From: Balanoglossus misakiensis
Taxonomy: Eukaryota; Animalia; Hemichordata
NCBI GenBank assembly: GCA_040954595.2
Contig: CM082593.2
Coordinates: 3,799,434-3,863,433, forward strand
Length of the DNA: 64,000 nt
Reading direction: 5' to 3'
Made by a program: the position numbers and the translations under genes. Of this stretch, positions 50,587 to 60,250 are shown one piece after another; within the stretch, counting starts at the first letter, position 1; the number at the start of each line of letters is the position of its first letter. A model generated the notes under the pieces. It searched no databases. It was given only the letters and a program-made list of their open reading frames with translations, and was not told the origin of the DNA.

Positions 50587-51794
50587 ATGACACCGATAGT
50601 GCTTCTTTTAATTGCCGCGTCCTCCATATTTCCTTGCGGCGCAAGCTCTCAAGATGGCCCCTTCTTGAGGAACGCCGGGACACTGGCCAGAACCCAAGAT
50701 TCGGATGTTGCAATAGTAGACCAGGTTTGTAAAACTTTGTTTTCCTCTTGATGACAACGACCTTGTTGTTGATTCTTGTGAGAGTGAAGAAACGCCTTGT
50801 TGTCATGATATGAACAGTACACATGCAGCCAACAAGCCCTTGAGATCACCCCCTCCAGATACCAAACCCGGACTGTGCAAACTATCGCTATCGTCCGTTT
50901 GTCAATACAGAGTATAACTGTACACAGTAAGTTGGATGAAACAGCGCGAACGTTGCGCTGTACTCCACTTTCGAGCAGTCTACTTAAACGTCGTCGCCTC
51001 TGACCCAGCCAGGCGGGGAGGTGATCGGTGAAAAGTGTCGGGTGTCTTAAAGAAGTCGACAGAACTTGCAACCGGGTCATTATGAGTCACGTTAGTTTAA
51101 CACGCCGTCTCAAACAAAGCATCGATAAGTACCATGAAATAATGTTGTATAGACCAATCTTGAAAGCATTGGACGATCCTCCAAACTTGTTTAAAACCAA
51201 GTGTGTTATTCGGCCAATATGATGTTTTATTTCTCCTCCTACTTCGGCCAGATAAAAAACAACGAAAAAGAGGAACAAAACGACAGTATTAAACAACAAC
51301 AACAACTACGAGGATGTTTGTTTTTCCTTCGAGGAACGCCCATGTCCTTGTCAAGACACTTCAGGATTGTTTACTCAGTAACTGTAACAGTGCAACACTA
51401 CCGGGTGTCCCTTCACACGACACAGAAAAGTAACGTACATGTATTTGCAAGGTAACTTTTCAAAAAAGGTTTGACTTCTTTCTCATTTTAGGTCAATTTT
51501 AGAGGTGTGAGATCCAGCGACGACAGAAAACTGCACAGTCGCCACCGCCGAGAAATGGAGGAAAATCCGTGGGTTACCGGAGCGTCGGACCGATACGCCA
51601 TCATGTGGGCAATAATCGGAGGGACCTTAGGCCTAGCGTTGCTTCTTGTGTTGGGCATCACGTACTGCTCTTACAGAAACAACGACAGTTCTCGAGACAG
51701 GCACCTGGAGAGGAGAAGACGCCGACTGTGGGACGAGATGGCCAGAAACAGTCTTGATACGACTTTCTACGAAGATGTGTCCTCGAACTTTTGA
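50587..51794 (+). CDS. Small type-I membrane protein B (divergent NPW-TM family member), 146 aa; exons 50587-50724 and 51492-51794
   Basis: Signal peptide MTPIVLLLIAASSIFPCGASSQDG..|gtttgt; acceptor tctcattttag|; RHRR, ENPW, TM (AIIGGTLGLALLLVLGITY), RRRRR, YEDV; phase-0 intron as in the paralogs; AATAAA 52023-52028. Confidence 0.78.
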
Positions 51795-52458
51795 CAACTG
51801 GTCCAGTGAGTTGCTGGACCATCCACGATTTGCTGGGCGTTCATCTCGGGAACAAAAGAGGCTGGAGCATTTTCTTGTTTTGTTACAGTCACCGCGTGTC
51901 TGACTGAGAGGGCGGCACACACTGTGACCTAGAAATTTTATTACATGTAAATGTTGAAGAATGTTGACGAGACCCACCATCCATTTGATATATATATATA
52001 ATGTTACGGTAAATAATGTATCAATAAATTATGGAATTCTGAGGATAATTAAAATGCAATCGATTGATTTGAAGTGCATGTCTGTCATGTGAGATTCCAC
52101 ATTGAATGCTGACGGCGGTATCGTTATACAGGAAATAGCTTGCATTTCTTTCTTTATGGAGGTATTCGTATCTAATGCATTGTGTGGCCGTGTAACCGTG
52201 TACAAGTTATAATCAATCAACAATCAACTGTCCAATTACAACTGACATGACTCGACGGCTCCTATCAAAACTATGCAATCAGTTTTCGTGACCGGCTGTA
52301 CATGTACCCGTATCAGACCATGCAAAAGAAGGTGTCAAACATTAACATGCACCTGTCAAGGAAATAAAGTAACAACCAGATCGGTATAACTGGAACTGGC
52401 CTATCGCGCTGAAATTTCGTGACTTTTATTGAAGATCGCCCGTTTTACGACACAAGAT

Positions 52459-53257
52459 ATGAATTTAACAGAGACCATATTGTTTGCTCTCTGCTTGGCT
52501 GTGTCGGGTTCTTTGCAGAATGGTGTCGCACAAGAACAGGTATGTACATGTAATGGAGTCTTATGGTGCTGCGGTAGTTCCATGCATAGACGCAGGGTTC
52601 CGCTTCATGTTCATGAATCCTTGTCAAGTATGGAGACCCTGCCACTCCTAGGGTATGGTTCTCAGTATAAGCAGACGCCAGGGGAACTTTTGACTCGGTC
52701 TCCTGTCAGCCCCCTCCCCCACCAACTTGAGGACTGTTGTCTCCTTGAGTGCGGCGATGTCCATCTCAAACCACCCTTCAGTTCGTAACGCCAAGGATTT
52801 AATGTTAATATGCAGTGAGAGAGCAACATTCAGTCATTCTGTATTGAGTTCTGCGATAGTTAACCTTTAGTTACTTTTTTTCCGGGTGTATGGATGTACA
52901 GGTCTTATCTACCTTTACTGGTAATCAATGATGACCGTTTGGTTTAATTACTTGCAGGCAAAACATGGGTTAGGAAACTCTATGAGTCCAGTCAGTGACG
53001 TCGTCAAAGTTGCATCCACTCCGTACCCTGACGTGCAAAATACTACAGACGCACCGTACAGAAATCCCTGGGACGAGCCACGCGATTCAACGATACCGAT
53101 GATGATCATTGGCTTCACCCTGGGACTTTGCCTGGCCGTTATCATTTTATTCACACTGTGTTCGCTGCTGTGCAACTCGTCGCCCGAGAAGAGGAGGAAG
53201 AGGCGAATGCGAAAGGAGCTGAGGCGAGAACTGGAAGAGGCATCAGCAGCCTCATAG
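52459..53257 (+). CDS. Small type-I membrane protein C (NPW-TM family), 126 aa; exons 52459-52539 and 52958-53257
   Basis: Signal peptide MNLTETILFALCLAVSGSLQNGVAQEQ|gtatgt; acceptor ttacttgcag|; NPWDEPRDSTIP, TM, KRRKRR, ELRRELEE; high similarity to gene A. Confidence 0.82.
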
Positions 53258-53897
53258 ATGAGAACTGGCGCGGCAACCTTATACAGGCCAAAGAGTTGGG
53301 CTTGGGGGAAGATCACAAACGCACTCAACGTGACAATGACGACTTGATTTATAAGCCTGGTTTACTCTAAACATGGACTCGGAATAACTTTATACGCAGA
53401 GAAATTGCGTCTAATGATAGTTGATACATGTCCACTGATCGGAGCACATAACTCTCGTGCACAGCCTTTCGCTGCTGAAATTTGTACTTTATAAAAGTTG
53501 TAATTTTTGTATGCAAAATTTACATTTACAATTTACATAAATTCAAACCCCGACAATTCTGATTGGTTATAGTACTTTCCCTACACATGAAACAGGTAGA
53601 CTACAGCAGTTGTGATTGGTTAATTACGCTGTACACTCGTGAACACGTGTGCAACCCAGATGCGCCAGACGATTTGACGTTGACTGGGCGTTGACGTTAC
53701 AGGTCCTCAAATCACTTTCTGCTCGGCTATCTCTCGCGTGCGGCAGCCTTCAAAAAGTTGTTCTTTGCGTCATTAAACGCCAACACTGTCCGTGTAAGCC
53801 AAATCGCAAAAGTGCTTCTTGTCAAATCCGCCGTAGGTGGCGACATATAAATATTCTGAAGGGGCGATACTGTCCACGTGATTCAGAATTGAGTATG

Positions 53898-54640
53898 TAT
53901 AAAATCCTATCTAAGAACCTCGGTGACCGTCGGCCATCTATAAAATCCTATCTAAGAACCTCGGTGACCGTCGGCCATCTATAAAATCCTATCTAAGAAC
54001 CTTGGTGATCGTCTCCCATGTATAAAATCCTATTTAAGAACCTTGGTGACTGTCGGCCATGTATAAAATCCTATTTAAGAACCTTGGTGATCGCCTCCCA
54101 TGTATAAAATCCTATCTAAGAACCTTGGTGATCGCCTCCCATGTATAAAATCCTATCTAAGAACCTCGGTGACCGTCGGCCATCTATAAAATCCTATCTA
54201 AGAACCTTGGTGACCGTCGGCCATGTATAAAATCCTATCTAAGAACCTTGGTGATCGTCTCCCATGTATAAAATCCTATTTAAGAACCTTGGTGACCGTC
54301 TCCCATGTATAAAATCCTATTTAAGAACCTTGGTGATCGCCTCCCATGTATAAAATCCTATCTAAGAACCTTGGTGACCGTCAGAAATGTATAAAATCCT
54401 ATCTAAGAACCTCGGTGACCGTCGGCCATCTATAAAATCCTATCTAAGAACCTTGGTGACCGTCGGCCATGTATACAATCCTATATAAGAACCTTGGTGA
54501 CCATCGGCCATGTATAAAATCCTATCTAAGAACCTTGGTGACCGTCGGCCATGTATAAAATCCTATCTAAGAACCTTGGTGACCGTCGCCCATGTATAAA
54601 ATCCTATTTAAGAACCTTGCATGGTGACATCGGCCATGTG
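53898..54640. repeat. Minisatellite, 18 copies of a 41-bp unit (TATAAAATCCTATYTAAGAACCTYGGTGAYCGYCKSCCATS)
   Basis: Unit starts at 53898, 53939, 53980 ... 54595: exact 41-bp period. Confidence 0.95.
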
Positions 54641-55002
54641 TAAAGGCAATCAAGGTAATTATCATGCTGATTAAGTGCCAATTTTACATTTATTGAACTT
54701 ATAAGTGATACATTTCCTGAATTGGGGTACCATTTTAATTAACCGTCTGCTTGTTTGTATAATTAATAAACATATAATAACACGCAAAAGATACCGCAAC
54801 AACTGTGATGGAATTTTTCAGGATTAATTCATGTATTTAGTGATTTTTTTAAATCTATTATATATTTCTTGAGCAACTACCCTAAGCTGGATGAAACATG
54901 CAGCGTATGTATCCAACAAATATGAGGCATATGTATCCCAAAAATGTCCCCAAAAGATGCAACTTGTACAGCTATTGTACAGTTTGAGACATGAGAGTAG
55001 TG

Positions 55003-56094
55003 TCAGTATTCCCAGGGTACAACTAAGCTTTTGTTGTAATTTTTCAACGTGGACTCACTCTCCACGATTTCGTATCCAAATGTTTTAAACACTCTTTCGG
55101 GACACAGCTCCTGAATTCTACGAACTTCTTCAAACGTTGCTGTCTTCCTCCACCTCTGGCCGTGGTCTGGATCTGCCTGGCTTTCTCGTTCAATGAGCCT
55201 CGTGACAGACGGGTGCATTTTGACGCCAATGTACTCGTATATTTTGGGGACAACATCGCGAACACGATTGGAGACATCCTCGTACCGAAATACTTTGTAG
55301 TGTCCGACCAGCCACTCGGGTCCGTTTGATGCTATCAGGTAGTTGGTGTCTAGCCAGACACAGTAATCGATTATAGCATCCTCCAGCGTCTGATCGAAAC
55401 GGAACTTGCCCGATTGCGAAGTGTTACCACCAGTGGAGAGGTGCTCATGTTTTTGCCTGGAAGGCGCCATGCCACGTGGATCTCTCACAAGATGTACCAC
55501 CTTCACGTTATCCTGTTTTAGCTTTGGCAGCACAAGCATGATGTTGTTGATGCGATTGACTGTAGTGGCGATGAGTGATTTCGACTTGCACTCTTGGGTG
55601 ATGGCCTCCTCTGTTATCGGTGATTCCAAATGAGTCAGACCGCATCCGCGTTTCAACAAAAATACTAAGTTGACCATCTTCAGGAGAAATTCCATGTGAG
55701 GACCATGAAAGTTACAGTTGAAGAGGCCGTGCATGAAATCGACAAGCCCTGGGCGTATGGTTTCCAAGAACGTGAAGTCATCTCGATAAACATGTAACCC
55801 CAGGTGCTTTACTAACATGAAACCAGGCTCACCGATGAAAAGACAATCGGGGTTGCCTCTGAAAAAGGATGATGTGTACGTCGACCCGGTGCGTTGCCGT
55901 GCGAGTATGATCACTTTAGCCGGGGTCCCATCCTCCTGGCCCCTGAAGTTGACATCCGCACTACTAGAAAGAGTGGCTGGACATACCGACGCTGATTTAA
56001 GGACATCTACCACATGGAAGTAGGAACAAAGTACAACCAGGAAAACCGCTGTTAACAATAATGTCATTGAAAAGCGTTTGACGGAAACCATCAT
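55003..56094 (-). CDS. Carbohydrate sulfotransferase (CHST1/3/4/5/6-like Gal/GlcNAc-6-O-sulfotransferase), 363 aa, intronless CDS
   Basis: N-terminal type-II signal anchor; 5'-PSB VIILARQRTGST, FIGEP, 3'-PB VVHLVRDPRG, FRYEDV; AATAAA on minus strand at 54694-54689. Confidence 0.92.
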   Translation of the reverse strand: MMVSVKRFSMTLLLTAVFLVVLCSYFHVVDVLKSASVCPATLSSSADVNFRGQEDGTPAKVIILARQRTGSTYTSSFFRGNPDCLFIGEPGFMLVKHLGLHVYRDDFTFLETIRPGLVDFMHGLFNCNFHGPHMEFLLKMVNLVFLLKRGCGLTHLESPITEEAITQECKSKSLIATTVNRINNIMLVLPKLKQDNVKVVHLVRDPRGMAPSRQKHEHLSTGGNTSQSGKFRFDQTLEDAIIDYCVWLDTNYLIASNGPEWLVGHYKVFRYEDVSNRVRDVVPKIYEYIGVKMHPSVTRLIERESQADPDHGQRWRKTATFEEVRRIQELCPERVFKTFGYEIVESESTLKNYNKSLVVPWEY

Positions 56095-59000
56095 CGCAAA
56101 GCACTTTCTACATGTATAACACTTCGACGTTCAGAGTACTTTGACGTTCAGAGTACTATCAACTCAGTGAGATAGTCAACCCTTGAACTGCAGTTTTTAC
56201 TTTCAATGAAAAAACAGAAATATTAAAAAAAGATTTGTGCGTCGAAAATCTTTGATATATATATATAACACAGCTGTTGCAAGAGATAGCAGTTTCCGGA
56301 TTAGTTGAAGATTAGTATGAAAGTGCATGAGGGAAAGACCGTACAAGACGAGGAGTGCAAAAATATAGACCCTGATATTGGTCCTCGAACTGAAACACAT
56401 CTGTATTCCATTTGCTCCGCTATAAGCTGACTGAAACTACTTTCCCAATGAGATTATCTAAGTCCGGACAGGTCTAGGCTGCTTGGACGACCACACCATT
56501 TCCTGGGAATGGTTTCATGCCTTGATTCATGTGTTACAGACCGTATGCCACACAGGAATAACAAAGCCATATTTTTATATATAATCTTCCAGTACCAGTA
56601 TTTTAAACGAGTATTACTCCAGTGAGGGATGAGTGATTCCCCTAATAGCTGCCGTATCAGCTGTCACACCTAACTTTGTGGGCATGAGAACCTTATTACA
56701 AGCCTCAGTATTTCTCATTTTTCAAACAAAAGTTATGTCCACCACGAAGAACAAAATTATTGAAAACATACACTGATTCCAAATAATTACATATACCACG
56801 AGGATCACTGTCAGAATTATTGGCAGATGTAACTGACACTTGATGTCGTGCAGCCAATATCTAACGCATGCGTGAAATCACATCTGGCAGAGATAAATGT
56901 TATTGTTTGACTGTGAGCTTTGAGGATGCGACCTCATGTGTTGAATGACATGCACGAGCAGTTCGTGCGTAAATTTTAAAGTTGTCCTTTTTCGCTGATT
57001 GAATATTAACTCGTGGTATCGAGAGAATTTTTCTCTTGCTGAACTGACAGCCCTATGAGCATGGGGACAACATAGATAAGAATCATTCACCAGTCGTGTA
57101 TTATGAAGTAATCCAGTTACAACCATTGCGTTCATTGTTGGTTTAATCATGGTTTAATGAAGTAACCTCATAGCGTTAATCCGAAATCTCATTGCTTGAT
57201 AATAACCATTTCGTGACAATGGAAAGAACCAGGCAAATAAATGCTCGTCTCCAAATATGCATTTATTACTCTGGTGTAAAAATAACTTCATTATCCGCAA
57301 AACAGATTCTTCTAAGCTTGGGATTACCTTTGTCATGGGATACCTATCCCGTGATAAAATGAAACCTTATGCTGTCTCCAGTTAAATAGCAGAATTTGAT
57401 AATGTAGATATGCAAAGGAAGCAAAATAAACGTCTGATCAACCACGAACCTCACAAGTATCAGTTACAAAATACGCGTTATTTAAGAATCACGGAAACTT
57501 TCAACCGGATGTTTGACAGTAAATAACATTCAAACAGATCATAAATAATAGTAAATAATAGCATTCCATTACTCAGAGGAATATGTTGCAGTATCTCGGT
57601 CAACTCCTTGAAACGAGAACTGAACAGGCGTCCTACAAAACATGGCTACATACCCTTTTATACGTTTGATTCTGACATCTGGATCCCTGCAGTCATAATA
57701 AGAAAACTGATTATGAAGTAAGCGTGCTTGTTTCAATCTCCTTTGCCCTATAGGCGTGATATAACAGTACTAGCTGTGCATTTGCAATGTGTTCATTTTG
57801 AGGCAAAATATCATATTGAATACTAATAAACACAAAACCGTGACATTACATAAATTTAATCTATTACTGCAGAAGAAATCTGCTGAGTGAAGACGTAATT
57901 TAGTCTTCTCTCTTATTGATGGAGAAATTAAAGGCAGTAATAGTTTTATGACCACGGATGTTTTGGCATAAGCATGGTAACCATGGTAGCATAGCTGTTG
58001 ATTACTCAGCCTAATTACATATAAGCATGCAGTAGGTTTATATCGAATAGCTTCAGGTATAATCTCTCTAATGTGGACCCTTCTATATCGAGTGAAATGT
58101 CTCCAACAGTGTCAATCGGTGAATTGGCACGTTCAAACAATCACTATAACTCATTACTCCATCCCTGTAATCCAATTACAGACAGTTGCAACTTCAGTGG
58201 TAGAAACTTGATTGCTGTCGGGTACTGTGTGCGTCAATGTATCTTTGCCGCAATCATCAAGGACAAACAGGGCAGTCCCAAGACATGATGCATTATGTAC
58301 CGTTATCAGGTGCGCAAACATGTAATTTAGACGCTGCAAGCCGAGTTGATGAAATTTCGCCATCACTTGTTTAGGTAGTTACAGCGATACACCAGATGGG
58401 AGACCCAGATGTGAAGGTGATGTAGTTTTCAAACCATAATTGGAATGGCGGTTACCTGGCCACGTGAGAAATATGACCACCAATTCATTAAATTCACAGA
58501 GGGTACAGTCATTGCAATTAGCATTTAAAACAAATACAGGCGCAATCACGGCGTGATCTTCGCCACGAAACGGAATTTGATATGAATCGATAAGAGTGGT
58601 AAGTCTAATTCCATGGGTGAACTTCACATCTTTCTTGTCGAAATATGTCAACATCTCATCCCTCGGGTATATTTTCTCCTGACGAAGATAGTTTGATGGG
58701 AAATTCAAGGTCTGAGGGAAATCGGATCCAATGCATCTTGAAAAGGTACTACTGTGCCAATTGCAGAGCAAGAGTCAGTGACGTCGAAGGCAACAGAGGA
58801 AAAAGCTTGTTTTGTTTGTTCTTTAATACTTGGCATATGAGCATCTTTCACTACTGAGGCTGCTGTATCCTATATCAAAGTCAATGACCGAAACATCTCT
58901 GTTCATTTCTCAACCCTATATGTACACGAGCAGATGACTCCAGCTTCATTCAATGAGGACTTGTTGATGGATCCACACAATGATACCATCTCTCATTAAA

Positions 59001-60136
59001 CCCTCAATTCCCCAGGCTCAAAAACGCACGGCATCTTCGATCTAATACAACACAGCAAATACCTCGCGATCCAAGGCTGTTCTGGAAGTCGCAATTACAT
59101 GTTTGATGAAACATGGTTAGTCGACAATATGCTATTAAACGTCTGTATGCTAATACCTGCATGCTGCAGATGAGTGAACGCTGCTTGTTGGAAATAGGAC
59201 TTCTCATTTCGTCTCTTGTCAGGATATACAAGGGCAAGCATTTGCATAAGCTATAACGCTTTGTAAAATCCTATGCGCCGATAATCAAACTTTATTACTT
59301 CCAGAAAATTCAGTACGACCGATTCAGAATGTCATGGAGGGATATTGCAGTAATAAAAGGAAATTGAAAGACTCATAAGAACAAATATAAAGGTCATGTA
59401 GATCATTCCTCTAGATTGAAGAATGGCACTAGCTGGCTTCACCTGTTCTATATGATATAAACAACGCCAACAGTGGTCGTAAAATGTCCAGCGATATGCT
59501 TTCTGTCAATAACTTTTTCATTCACAATTATTACAATTCTCAAACGCTTTTAGTTTATCCGGCGCATATGCTACACACACGCTATTGAAATCAGTTAACG
59601 CTACAGATAACCCAGAATTAGAGCACCTACGTGCGTGCAGCTCTGTAAAATGTTCATTCCATGTCTACCAAAGGAGTGTTTAATGAGGGGTGAATGCTAG
59701 AAATCGTGGTTAAAATTACTCTGTGTCGTCATTTGAGCTTGTCTTACAGAGAAGATGTGTTGTATTTTCCTTCGACTTTGTGCCGTGCCGCCTGATAGGT
59801 AACCACGCACTACAGGAATATGGCGAGTAAGTGTGGTCTCATTTTATATTACAACTAGTATATAGCTTTATGTTGTTGACAGTATCAGATTCCATCTCAT
59901 TGGTAAGAATTGTCTCACAGCGATAGGTTTGCATTCTGATTGAATATTTGTGAATTTCTGATAGCATAACTGCTTATATCCATAACAATGTCAACAATTG
60001 TTATGTTGATTAAGTTCTATTGTCTTCTAAAATTAAGAAGTAGTGGCCACTATGCTTTAATTGCTCTGGGGAGAACACTACTGATGGAATATACCATTTT
60101 TTTACCGGTATGTATGTATATGTACAATATCCACTA

Positions 60137-60250
60137 ACACCACCACCAACGCCGCCACCACCACCAAAACCATCAACACCACCACCCACGCCGCCACCAC
60201 CACCACCAAAACCACCACCACCTAACCACGCCGCCATCATCATCATCATC
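60137..60250. repeat. (ACC/GCC)n compound repeat followed by (CAT)n
   Basis: Directly visible; same compound unit as 6565-6672. Confidence 0.85.

Noticed and set aside
53898-54640. CRISPR-like array (constant repeat plus variable segment)
   Set aside because: The variable parts are only about 13 bp and are recurring variants of one sequence rather than unique spacers; there are no cas genes and the context is eukaryotic.
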